Origin: Desulfobacterales bacterium
Lineage (GTDB): Bacteria; Desulfobacterota; Desulfobacteria; Desulfobacterales; UBA11574
Direction: 5' to 3'
Length of the DNA stretch: 64,000 bases
Assembly: GCA_035529735.1 (NCBI GenBank)
Contig: DATKWE010000023.1
Location: forward strand, 332-64,331
Part shown: positions 54,644 through 63,972 of the stretch, piece after piece
Layout of the letters: each line of letters begins with the position of its first letter
Numbering within the stretch: position 1 is the stretch's first letter
Made by a program: the position numbers and the translations under genes
Notes under the pieces: generated by a model
Seen by the model: the letters and a program-made list of their open reading frames with translations, nothing else
What the model was told of the DNA's origin: nothing
Database searches by the model: none

Positions 54644-55931
54644 AAACATTAGGGTTTATTGTCTTTAAAAATTCTCGAATCATCAAAGCCGCACTTGCCC
54701 CCTCACCTGCGGCACTTGCCACTTGCTTGGTGCTCTTGTCTCGCACGTCCCCTGCAGCAAAAATCCCGGGTATACTCGTCTCCAATATGTGAGGGTCTCG
54801 ATCATCATAACCCTTTGGCCGCTGACCACCATGCAGCAGGTCGTGGCCGGTTACCACAAAGCCCCATCGATCCAGCCGAACCTGGCTTCTTTTAAGAAAT
54901 CCGGTATTTGGGGTCAGTCCGATAAAGATAAAGGCACCGTTTACCGGCAATTCGTCTTCTGAACCGGTCTGATTGTTTATCAGCCGAAGTTTTTTAAGTT
55001 TAAAATCCTCCCCCACGAATGCTTTGACGTCCGTATTCCATCGCACATCAATTTTTGGGTTGCTGAAAACGCTGTCCTGGATGATCTGGGTGGCTTTGAA
55101 TCGATCACTTCGCACCAGTATGGTCACATGTTCTGCAAACTTGGTTAACAGCAAACTCTCTTCGGCAGCACTGTTGCCGCCGCCGATGACTGCAACCTGC
55201 GCGCCGGTGTAAAAAGGGCCGTCACACGTAGCACAAAAATGCACCCCGGCGCCAAGATATTCATTTTCGCCGGGAACGTTCAGGCGCATATAACGACTTC
55301 CTGTTGTAATCAACACAGCCCGAGCGCTATACGTTTGGCCGTCTCCGGTTTTTACACAGTGATAATTGTGGTGCTGGTAGAGTTCTACGACCTCTTGGGC
55401 CTGCAACAACTCGACGCCGAATCGTTCGGCTTGCAGACGTAATCGCCGGGAGAATTCGATACCGGCCACGCCGTCCGGAAATCCGGGCATGTTATCCAGC
55501 TTTTCCGTGCCGGCAGCTTGTCCGCCGAAGGCTGCACGTTCAATAACCAGCGTGTCGATGTATTCACGCCCCGTGTACAGCGCTGCGGTTAAACCCGCAG
55601 GTCCACCTCCCAGAACGATCAAATCATAATGACTGCGACTGGCGGAGGTCTTTAATCCCAGTTTGGCCGCAAGTTCGGCGTTGCTGGGCTCCACCAGAAA
55701 AGACCCGTCAGCAAAGACAATGGTGGGGATAATGCGCTTTCCCTTGTTGGTCTCCATCACGAATTCTTCGGCCGCTTTGTCCGTTTCAATATCGATCCAG
55801 CTGTAGGGGATCTGGTGCTCGCCCAGAAACTGTTTGCTCTGCCGGCAATCCGGACACCAGTGGGCGCCGTAAACCGTAATCTCGGATTTTGGCATGATAG
55901 ACCGCTTTGATTTCTTCACGTATCCTTCCAT
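54642..55931 (-). CDS. Glutaredoxin-like domain fused to thioredoxin-disulfide reductase
   Basis: N-terminal WCPDC thioredoxin-fold domain, then TrxR: GGGPAGLTAALY, redox CATCDG, GGGNSAAEE, AAGDV. The start among 55931/55919/55895 is uncertain. Confidence 0.85.
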   Translation of the reverse strand: MEGYVKKSKRSIMPKSEITVYGAHWCPDCRQSKQFLGEHQIPYSWIDIETDKAAEEFVMETNKGKRIIPTIVFADGSFLVEPSNAELAAKLGLKTSASRSHYDLIVLGGGPAGLTAALYTGREYIDTLVIERAAFGGQAAGTEKLDNMPGFPDGVAGIEFSRRLRLQAERFGVELLQAQEVVELYQHHNYHCVKTGDGQTYSARAVLITTGSRYMRLNVPGENEYLGAGVHFCATCDGPFYTGAQVAVIGGGNSAAEESLLLTKFAEHVTILVRSDRFKATQIIQDSVFSNPKIDVRWNTDVKAFVGEDFKLKKLRLINNQTGSEDELPVNGAFIFIGLTPNTGFLKRSQVRLDRWGFVVTGHDLLHGGQRPKGYDDRDPHILETSIPGIFAAGDVRDKSTKQVASAAGEGASAALMIREFLKTINPNV

Positions 55932-55939
55932 TTTTTTCT

Positions 55940-55974
55940 ATTGAAGCTCCCGAAGTCCCGCAAGTGGGATTTCC
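55940..55974 (+). repeat. Copy 2 of the ~37-nt dispersed repeat
   Basis: ATTGAAGCTCCCGAAGTCCCGCAAGTGGGATTTCC aligns with 22804-22840. It lies 8 nt upstream of the first ATG of the Grx-TrxR ORF. Confidence 0.85.
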
Positions 55975-56062
55975 ACTGCGTTCCAACACCCTGCGGGGAA
56001 TGTTCTGCCTTGCGGCAGTGCTTCGCAGCGCATGTAAGAAAATTAATCCATTTTAATATTCC

Positions 56063-56118
56063 CTCGCCCGGTTAAATGCCGCTTTGCGGCCCTCCTCCGG
56101 AGAATTTAACCGGGCGAG
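56063..56118. repeat. Perfect 15-bp inverted repeat with a 26-nt GC-rich loop, 3' of the RND pump gene
   Basis: CTCGCCCGGTTAAAT (56063-56077) pairs with ATTTAACCGGGCGAG (56104-56118). Confidence 0.85.
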
Positions 56119-56128
56119 TTGTTCCAGT

Positions 56129-59100
56129 TCAAACCTTGCCGTCGGGCACGAATCTCATTCTGAACAATTGACGGATATCTTCAATAATAAGGTAAAAAGA
56201 CGGCACCAGAACCAGCGTAATCACGGTTGCGAACAGAATGCCGTATCCTAAAGAAAGGGCCATGGGAATCAAATACCGGGCCTGGCGGGATGTTTCAAAG
56301 ATCATCGGCGACAAGCCACCGAAAGTGGTCAGGGTTGTCAAAATGATCGGCCGAAAACGGTGAATACCGGCCTGATGAACCGCGTCGCGCCGGCTCATTC
56401 CGACCCGCTCCTTGCGGTTGGCAAAATCGATCAGCACCAGCGAATCATTGACCACCACCCCGGAAAGCGCCACCACGCCGAACATACTGAGCACGCTCAG
56501 ACTGTAGCCCATGATCAGATGCCCGATCACTGCCCCTACGATGCCGAAAGGAATGGCCGACATAATGATCAAAGGCTGGATATAGCTGTTCAGTGGAACG
56601 GCCAGCATGGCAAAAATAACCACAAGTGCCACCAAAAGTCCTCGCATCAGGCTCTGCATGCTTTCCCGCCGGTCGGCCTGCCGGCCCTCAAAACTATAAG
56701 TCAGGCCGGGATATTTGTTTTGCAATGCCGGCAGGGTTTCAGATTTAAGCGGCTGCAAAACCATACCCGCCTTGCTTCTGGGCCGAACGTCGGCTTCTAC
56801 CGTTACGATCCGGCGGCCGTTCCGACGATTGATATCGGTATAGGCCCGCCCCCGGTGTATGGTGACGGCAGATCGCAATGGAATTTCATTACCGGCCGGC
56901 GTCCGCAATATCATTTCTTCAAGATTGTACTCGGAAATCCGTTCGTCCTTGGGGAGTCTGACCATGACTTTGACTTCATTGCGCCCCCGCTGCTGCCGCA
57001 GGGCCTCGGCACCGTAGTAAGCATGCCGGACCTGTCTGGCCACTTCCCTGGATCTTAATCCAAGACTGCGGGCTTCCGGCTTGATCTGAAAATCGATCTG
57101 TTGTTTGCCGGGCGCAAAACCATCATCGATATCTTTTGCATTCGGATAATAACTTAGAGCCTCGGCAACCTCAACAGCGGCTTTTTCCAATACGCCAATA
57201 TCTTTGTGACTGAGTTCTACGGTAATGGCGGCCCCGCGGCCGGGACCACCGGCATCGGATTCAAATAAAATTGATTCCAATCCTGGAATAACCCCCACCC
57301 GTTCCCGCCAGCGTTCCGTTATTTGCGCCGTCGACACCGGGCGTTTGTTCGGCGGCGTCAGGTAAATACGGACTTCGGCCTTGTTATCATTGATATTGGC
57401 GAAAATTCCTTCCATGAGTGTTTTTCCACCATTTTCAGCGACAACCTCCTGGGCCGCTTTGACCAGCATCTGCTGCACCTTTTCGGTTTTTTGAAAGGCG
57501 GTCCCGAACGGCAGTGTGGCCGTCACCATGGCATAATCGGATTCGATCTTTGGAAAAAGCTCAAATCCCATACGCCCGCTCTTCACATACCCGGCCACAA
57601 TCAGCAAAACAGCAATACCCAAAGATGTCGTCACATATCGCCAGCGCAGGGCCAATCCCAACAATGGACCGTATCTCCGATTAACAAATCGGACAAAGGC
57701 GTTGCTGAATCTTTGCTGCCAAGCATGCATCCAGCCGAAAATCCCTTGACGCAACGGTTTCTGATGGCCGACATGGGCAGGAAGAATCAAAAAGCATTCG
57801 ATCAGCGAAATCGCAAATACACTGATCACGACCACTGGAATTTGCTTGAAAACCTTTCCTAAAATTCCGGGAATGAAAAACATGGGAACAAAAGCCACCA
57901 TGTTGGTTAATACGCTAAAAGTCACCGGCATGGCCATTTCTCTGGTCCCTGAGACGGCGGCGTTGAACCAGGAAATACCGCTCTGGTGCTGATGATAGAC
58001 GTTTTCCCCAACCACGATGGCATCGTCCACCACGATGCCGAGGGTGACAATAAACGCAAACATGGAGACCATGTTGATGCTGACACCCATGGCCGACAAA
58101 ACTAAAAGGGACCCCAGAAAAGAGATGGGAATACCGAGCGCCACCCAGAAAGCCAGCCGGATCTCCAGAAACAATGCCAGTAAGATAAACACCAGCCCCA
58201 GGCCCATACATCCGTTTTTGATCAACAGCCCCATTCGCTGCCGATAGACATCCGACCGGTCATTGCGAAGAACAACCGCCAAACCTGGGGGCAGCTCCTG
58301 GTTTACCGCCTCTACCACCTGTTTTGCGGCATTGGATACCGAAACCGGGGTTTGATCACCGACCCGGTAGACATCGATCATCACGGTGGGCTTGCCGTTG
58401 TATGTGGCGGCATTGTCTGTTTCTTCGAATCCGTCCTTAATATCGGCGATATCTTCAAGCAGGACCTGGGTTCCGTCGTTGGCCGTAATAATTGGAATCT
58501 TACCGAATTCATGCCCGTAATCCTTACGCTCCTTAACGCGGACAAGGATGTCGCCCCCGGGGGTTTTTACGGCGCCGCCGGGAAGCTCAACGGACGTCCT
58601 GCCGATCCGTTGGGCAATCTCCTCTAGAGTAAGGTTATAAGTCCGTAATTTGTCCTGGGAGATTTCGACGCTGATTTCATAATTTCGAACCCCTACCAGC
58701 TCAACCTGGGTGATATCCGGATCCTGAAGTAACCGATCCCGCAAATACTCGGCATATTCACGCAAAACCCCCTCGCTTTGATCGCCGTAAAGCGCCAGTG
58801 ACACCACATAACGCTTTCTGGAAACAATCACCACCTGTGGCTTTTCTGCTTCTTCGGGGAAAGACGTAATCCGATCCACTTCACTCTGGATGTCCTGACC
58901 CAGCTTTTGCAGATTTTCGCCTTCGATCATCTCTACGGTCACCGTACCAACACCCTCTTTGGCAGATGCCCGGACTTCATTGACACCTTCCAAGCCTTGT
59001 ACGGCTTCCTCTATGGCAAATATGATACCCCTCTCCACTTCCTGGGGGCTGGCACCGGGATAGGGAACGGTGATTTGGACCAGATCCAGTTCAAAGTAAG

Positions 59101-59260
59101 GAAAGACTTCCTTTTTGATGCGGTAGCCCAAAAAGAATCCTCCCACCAGGAGCACCAGCATGAGAAGGTTGGCTGTCACGGAATGACCGGCCATCCAGGC
59201 AATGGGCCCTTTTTTTTTGGAATCATCTTGCGGAAGGCTTTTCATACTAAGAATTTCCAT
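56129..59260 (-). CDS. RND efflux pump inner-membrane transporter (AcrB/HAE1-like)
   Basis: 1043 aa, 12-TM RND architecture. The start could be ATG 59245. Confidence 0.9.
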   Translation of the reverse strand: MEILSMKSLPQDDSKKKGPIAWMAGHSVTANLLMLVLLVGGFFLGYRIKKEVFPYFELDLVQITVPYPGASPQEVERGIIFAIEEAVQGLEGVNEVRASAKEGVGTVTVEMIEGENLQKLGQDIQSEVDRITSFPEEAEKPQVVIVSRKRYVVSLALYGDQSEGVLREYAEYLRDRLLQDPDITQVELVGVRNYEISVEISQDKLRTYNLTLEEIAQRIGRTSVELPGGAVKTPGGDILVRVKERKDYGHEFGKIPIITANDGTQVLLEDIADIKDGFEETDNAATYNGKPTVMIDVYRVGDQTPVSVSNAAKQVVEAVNQELPPGLAVVLRNDRSDVYRQRMGLLIKNGCMGLGLVFILLALFLEIRLAFWVALGIPISFLGSLLVLSAMGVSINMVSMFAFIVTLGIVVDDAIVVGENVYHQHQSGISWFNAAVSGTREMAMPVTFSVLTNMVAFVPMFFIPGILGKVFKQIPVVVISVFAISLIECFLILPAHVGHQKPLRQGIFGWMHAWQQRFSNAFVRFVNRRYGPLLGLALRWRYVTTSLGIAVLLIVAGYVKSGRMGFELFPKIESDYAMVTATLPFGTAFQKTEKVQQMLVKAAQEVVAENGGKTLMEGIFANINDNKAEVRIYLTPPNKRPVSTAQITERWRERVGVIPGLESILFESDAGGPGRGAAITVELSHKDIGVLEKAAVEVAEALSYYPNAKDIDDGFAPGKQQIDFQIKPEARSLGLRSREVARQVRHAYYGAEALRQQRGRNEVKVMVRLPKDERISEYNLEEMILRTPAGNEIPLRSAVTIHRGRAYTDINRRNGRRIVTVEADVRPRSKAGMVLQPLKSETLPALQNKYPGLTYSFEGRQADRRESMQSLMRGLLVALVVIFAMLAVPLNSYIQPLIIMSAIPFGIVGAVIGHLIMGYSLSVLSMFGVVALSGVVVNDSLVLIDFANRKERVGMSRRDAVHQAGIHRFRPIILTTLTTFGGLSPMIFETSRQARYLIPMALSLGYGILFATVITLVLVPSFYLIIEDIRQLFRMRFVPDGKV

Positions 59261-60530
59261 CCTTTACTGCTTTTTCTCTCACAGGTCGGTCGCTCTTCAT
59301 TTCAGATTTCAATGTATCGACTCGCACTGTCATTCCTTCCACAGGTGCAGGCAAATCCGAAACGATCAACTGTTCTCCGGGTTTCAGGCCGTCTTGCAGC
59401 AGGACGACGTCGGCATCACGCCAGACCGGACGTACCTTTCGAATTTCCAATGTTTGGTTTTCACCGACGATCCAGATACTTGAATTATCTTTCAAGGCCG
59501 ACCGCGGAATTTGAAATACGTTGTCAAGTCTGCGGCCCAGGATTTTTACCCTGACATACTCGCCGATTAAAAGGGGTGTGCGATCCTGATTGGAAGAGTT
59601 GAAGCCGAGCGGATCAGAAACCTCCACCAGGATCCGGGCCATTCGCCCTTCGGTTGCCAGATCCCCCATCAACCGGATAACCGTCCCGCTGCATTCATGA
59701 CCCCGGCCATAAATGATTCGGGCTTTGGAACCGGAATCGCCGGCTTGAACCGGAACGTCAATCCATTCGAGGCGATCCACCGGTAAGGATGTCTGGACTC
59801 TGTAAGCATCGGTGCCCACCAGTTCGGCCAGCGGTTCCTGGAGTGTTACCTGGGAGCCGCGATCCACTGACTTGGAACGCACCATGGCATTGAAAGGCAC
59901 CGTGATATGGGTTCGCTCAAGATCAAGCATTGCCGCTTTTAGTTCGGCCTCTGCTGCCGACAGATCTGCTCTGACCTTGTTTAGGTGGGGCTGGCGTAGC
60001 GCCAGTTCCTTTTCCATATCCTGCGCCGGTTTGCCCTGGTTTAAAAGCTCCCATTCTCGCTTGGCCACTACTTGATGCCCCAACTCCAGTTTCAGGGCAA
60101 ACTCGGCATCGGTCACTGTACTTCGCTTTCGAGCCAGAGCCAGCTCGTAATCTTGAGGATCGATCTGGATAACTCTCATGTCCTTTTTTAAAAACCCGCC
60201 TTCCGTGAATTCAGGATGAATCTCTACAATTTCTCCGGACACACGGGATTTTAGCACCATTTCCCGGGCAGGAATAACGGTTCCCATGGCTGTTACGATA
60301 ATCTGATAGCTGGAAGGTTTTACCGTTTGAATCAGAACAGTCGGACTCAGCTTAACGGGCGGTCGTTTCCGGGTTCGGGGCGCACTGTTTTTCAGGTAAG
60401 ATGCTGCACCTATACCGGCACTGAGTATAACAAGGGATAGGACAATTCTGATGATGGGTCGTGGACTTCTGGCAGGGTTCGGCTGTTTCTCCGGCAACAT
60501 ATTGTTTTGCTTATTATCTCCCATTTTCAT
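59247..60530 (-). CDS. RND efflux periplasmic adaptor (membrane fusion protein)
   Basis: N-terminal TM, coiled-coil hairpin (ADLSAAEAELKAAMLDLERT), beta-barrel domains. Confidence 0.85.
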   Translation of the reverse strand: MKMGDNKQNNMLPEKQPNPARSPRPIIRIVLSLVILSAGIGAASYLKNSAPRTRKRPPVKLSPTVLIQTVKPSSYQIIVTAMGTVIPAREMVLKSRVSGEIVEIHPEFTEGGFLKKDMRVIQIDPQDYELALARKRSTVTDAEFALKLELGHQVVAKREWELLNQGKPAQDMEKELALRQPHLNKVRADLSAAEAELKAAMLDLERTHITVPFNAMVRSKSVDRGSQVTLQEPLAELVGTDAYRVQTSLPVDRLEWIDVPVQAGDSGSKARIIYGRGHECSGTVIRLMGDLATEGRMARILVEVSDPLGFNSSNQDRTPLLIGEYVRVKILGRRLDNVFQIPRSALKDNSSIWIVGENQTLEIRKVRPVWRDADVVLLQDGLKPGEQLIVSDLPAPVEGMTVRVDTLKSEMKSDRPVREKAVKDGNS

Positions 60531-60557
60531 TCCTGTTAGTTTTTTAAACTTTATTCC

Positions 60558-61955
60558 TCAAGGGGTCAGCGATTCCGTCCATGTTCCGCCCAGGGCTCGA
60601 TAGAGACTGATGCGTGCATTCAGAAGGTTTGTTCGCTGCCGGATTAAATCCCTCTCAAGCCGCTGAACCGCCAATAATTGGGTCAGTACCGGCAGGTAAT
60701 CGGTAAGCCCGTTACGATAGCGAACCCCTGCCTCCTCGAGGGCCTTGCGCGCTGCAGCCTCAACCTTTTCGAGCCCTCTGATGTGTTCCCGTTGCTTGGA
60801 CTCGTTGACGAGCGCATTTTCAACTTCTTTTATGGCCGTTAAAACCGCTTGTCGGTATGCGGACAAATTTTCATCCACAAGCGCCTGCCTGCGGTCCACT
60901 TCCGCTGCCCGCCGATTTCCATCGAATATCGGTGCCGTCAAATTGCCCGCCAGGTTGAGGAGCCAGTTATCGAAAAGCACGTCCATATCGCCTTTCCCGT
61001 ATTGGGCTCCGGCAGTCAGGCGGATTGCCGGCAGGCGATTTGCCCGAGCGGCCGCCACTTGCCATTCTGCCGCCTTCAGACGCATTCCGGCCCTTCGCAA
61101 ATCCGGACGTGATGAGAGGAGATCGGCAGGCAGTCCGGTTGCCGGGATTTCGGTCGGTTCAGGCAAGCCGACCCGGCCGACTTTCAATTCAGCCTGTGGC
61201 GATTTTCCCAGCAAAAGCGCCAGTTCATGTCTCAGCACCTGTTCTTCGGCCTCAACCAGTGGGATTTCAGCCCTGATGTCTTCAACAAACTGTTTTTGTT
61301 GATAAACATCAAGGGCCGACACCATAGACATTCGAAATCTTAGCTCAATAAGCTCCAGGTATGTCAGGTTGACTCGAAGCTGATGTTCCAAAAGCCGTTT
61401 TTGCATCTGCTGGGAAATAATGAATGTCCAGCGCCGGGCAACCTCGGCCGCCAGTGTCATGGCCGCCGTATTCACTTCCTCCCGGGCGGCGGTCACATCC
61501 AGCAAGGCGGCTTCCCGATCGGACCGGATCCGTCCCCAGAGATCCAGTTCATAGCTGCTGATAAGACCCAGAGAATAGTCATCGCTCGATTCGGTTTTCT
61601 GAGATCCGTTGTCTGATCTTCGACGCTCATAAAAAGCATCGGCGGTGCCGGTCAGGTCCGGATAAAGTGCCGCACCGACCTGAACGGCCAATGACCGCGC
61701 TTGATTGAGGCGCGACCAGGCTTCTTTCAGGGTCAAATTGTCGGCCAAGGCTTCTTCGATCAGTCCGGTAAGTTCGGAATCATGGAATTCTTCCCACCAC
61801 CGCCCCAACGGCTCGGTTTCCTTGGAATAAAGAGAAAAAGTTTCCGGAAGTTCACCGGCCGGCGACTGTCTTATCTGAGGTCTGAACGGATTGCAGGCTG
61901 TAAACAGAAGCAAGATGACCGTCAAACCGATAAATTCATTTATCCGATTCTTCAT
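60558..61955 (-). CDS. Outer-membrane efflux lipoprotein (NodT/TolC family)
   Basis: Lipobox LFTAC and two TolC-like repeat halves. Confidence 0.85.
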   Translation of the reverse strand: MKNRINEFIGLTVILLLFTACNPFRPQIRQSPAGELPETFSLYSKETEPLGRWWEEFHDSELTGLIEEALADNLTLKEAWSRLNQARSLAVQVGAALYPDLTGTADAFYERRRSDNGSQKTESSDDYSLGLISSYELDLWGRIRSDREAALLDVTAAREEVNTAAMTLAAEVARRWTFIISQQMQKRLLEHQLRVNLTYLELIELRFRMSMVSALDVYQQKQFVEDIRAEIPLVEAEEQVLRHELALLLGKSPQAELKVGRVGLPEPTEIPATGLPADLLSSRPDLRRAGMRLKAAEWQVAAARANRLPAIRLTAGAQYGKGDMDVLFDNWLLNLAGNLTAPIFDGNRRAAEVDRRQALVDENLSAYRQAVLTAIKEVENALVNESKQREHIRGLEKVEAAARKALEEAGVRYRNGLTDYLPVLTQLLAVQRLERDLIRQRTNLLNARISLYRALGGTWTESLTP

Positions 61956-62062
61956 AGGTCTTTACCGGCAGCATCTATTGGATTTTCGTCAGGTATTTCT
62001 TACGATGTGTCTGTCAAAATATCAACAAATTAAATGAGGTTCTTCTCCAATTTAGTTGGAGA

Positions 62063-62412
62063 AGAGGGTTCGAGGATTCAAGGGGTCAAGGGTTTGTTTT
62101 CTAAAGACTTTATCAGCGCTTTGAGCATACTTTCAACTTCCTCCGTATCATCCGTAAGAGCATTATCCTTCTGCTCTTAAGTATTTCACTCGATTCCTTG
62201 GCCCCTTGACCCCTATAATCCTTTCAAAATTATCTTTCTTCCTTTGGGAATTCTGCTGTTATTGTATACATCTCTAAACAGAGTTCGTATGACTTTTTCC
62301 AGGCTTTCAAATCTTTGTAATTATTTAGCATTTTTATCCGCCTGTTCTGTGGAGGATCACTCGACCCCTTGCCACCTTGATTCATCAAATCCTTGACCCC
62401 TTGAACCCTCTG
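62063..62412. repeat. ~350-bp AT-rich non-coding element bounded by inverted repeats containing AAGGGGTCAAGG
   Basis: The left end is AGAGGGTTC(GAGGATTC)AAGGGGTCAAGGGTTTG. The reverse complement of the right end is AGAGGGTTCAAGGGGTCAAGGATTTG. An extra inverted 11/12 copy lies at 62204-62214. Confidence 0.7.
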
Positions 62413-62542
62413 GGATCTGGGAGATAACTCACTTATTTTACTCTAATTAACTACAACTAATCGGGAGATGATCCTTAAATGATTCAGGTACTGATTTGGA
62501 TGGTGTTGTACTCGAGAAATTCGGAATGGCTGTTTTCACGAA

Positions 62543-63865
62543 CTATCCGGATTGGCTTTCTTCCGATTTAATATAGTCATCGATTCCCTTTCCAAGTGTA
62601 TCGATCATCGTGCGAAAGCGATCCTCATTTGGTTCTAAAAGGGTGACCCGAAAGCCCTGCAAGTTCGTGTTAAAGGACGTCAGGGGAACCACACAAATTC
62701 CAGTGGCAGCCAGGAGGTAATATACAAACCGCTTATCCGGATGTATAGGCGGACCGGAAGTCAGTGTTTTCACGAGTTCAGCAACGGAGGGATCGGAAAT
62801 GGGCAGGGTTTGCCGATGGTTCAGGAGGCCGTCTTCAAAAGCCACACTCATATACAGCGCACCGTTGGTCCGGTTTGCCAGCACACCGGGGATATCTTTG
62901 AGCCGATCGAAGGCGATCTGTGAGAACCTTTCGTAACGCAGGCGTCGTTTTTCCAGGTAAGCCGCATATTCGGGGTGCTGCAGGATGTGCGGAAGAGCCT
63001 TTTGGGGGAGGGTTGTTGAACAGACCTCAACCATTTTGGCGTTGAGAATGCTCTTGATATACGTTTCAAACTCGGGTTTTCTCTGAGCATTGTAAACTTC
63101 GATCCAACCGCACCGGGAACCGGGCCAGGGGAGTTCCTTGGAAATCCCCTTCATGGAAATAGCCGGAACTTCACCGATGACCGCAGCCAGCGGTTCGGTC
63201 TTCTGGCCGTTGAAAACCAGATTCTGATAAATTTCATCGGCGATGATAAAAAGGTTGAATTCTGAGGCAATATCAACAATTTCCCTGAGCAGATCTGCCG
63301 GATAAACAGCACCTGTCGGATTATCGGGGTTGATCAGTAAAATACCGGCCACGGCCGGATTATACTTGACCCGTCGCCGCAGTTCATGGACGTCCGGATA
63401 CCAGTGGTTGTGCGGATCGAGAGGATAAGAGACCGGCGGCAGACCGGCGTGGGCTGCTTCGCATGCAGAGTGCGTCGTATAAGTGGGTGACGGCGTTATC
63501 ACACGGGCGGTACGGCGTAAAAATCCATAAGTTTTGGTAATGGCATCTCCAAGACCGTTAAAAAAAATGATGTCGTCCGGGGTGATGCGGCAATGGCCGT
63601 TGCCGTTGTTCATGGCAACCAGAAACTCGCGCGTTTCGAGCAGTCCTTGGGTGGGACAGTAACCGTAGCTATCGTCTTCCATAACCAGCCGGGAAACAAT
63701 CTTTTTCATCCAATCGGGGATCTTTTCACCTTTTGCCACAGGATCGCCGATATTTTCCAGATAGACGGAAACTCCCAGTTCTTGGAGTTTATCGGCGACC
63801 CGCACGATATTTCGGATTTCATAATTCAGTTCTTCTGCGCCAATGTGTACGATTCCTGTCCGCAT
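62543..63865 (-). CDS. Class I/II PLP-dependent aminotransferase (alanine aminotransferase-like)
   Basis: 440 aa, NPDNPTG, SMKGISKELPWPGSRCGW (PLP-Lys region). SD AAGGAGG. Confidence 0.85.
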   Translation of the reverse strand: MRTGIVHIGAEELNYEIRNIVRVADKLQELGVSVYLENIGDPVAKGEKIPDWMKKIVSRLVMEDDSYGYCPTQGLLETREFLVAMNNGNGHCRITPDDIIFFNGLGDAITKTYGFLRRTARVITPSPTYTTHSACEAAHAGLPPVSYPLDPHNHWYPDVHELRRRVKYNPAVAGILLINPDNPTGAVYPADLLREIVDIASEFNLFIIADEIYQNLVFNGQKTEPLAAVIGEVPAISMKGISKELPWPGSRCGWIEVYNAQRKPEFETYIKSILNAKMVEVCSTTLPQKALPHILQHPEYAAYLEKRRLRYERFSQIAFDRLKDIPGVLANRTNGALYMSVAFEDGLLNHRQTLPISDPSVAELVKTLTSGPPIHPDKRFVYYLLAATGICVVPLTSFNTNLQGFRVTLLEPNEDRFRTMIDTLGKGIDDYIKSEESQSG

Positions 63866-63890
63866 GAGAGATAATCCTCCTTATTCTTCA

Positions 63891-63924
63891 AATAAAAAGG
63901 GCTGCCGGATTACTTTGCAGCCCT
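63891..63924 (-). terminator. Intrinsic terminator (second of a tandem pair) for a minus-strand gene beyond the window
   Basis: AGGGCUGC...GCAGCCCU (8 bp) followed by UUUUAUU on the minus strand. Confidence 0.6.
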
Positions 63925-63930
63925 CTAAAC

Positions 63931-63972
63931 TAAAAAGGGCTGCGGTCGATTGCCTGCAGCCCCGGTTTTTTT
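63931..63972. terminator. Bidirectional intrinsic terminator
   Basis: A 9-bp GC stem with one bulge (GGGCTGCGG/CCTGCAGCCC) is flanked by an A5 run on the left and a T7 run on the right. Confidence 0.65.
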
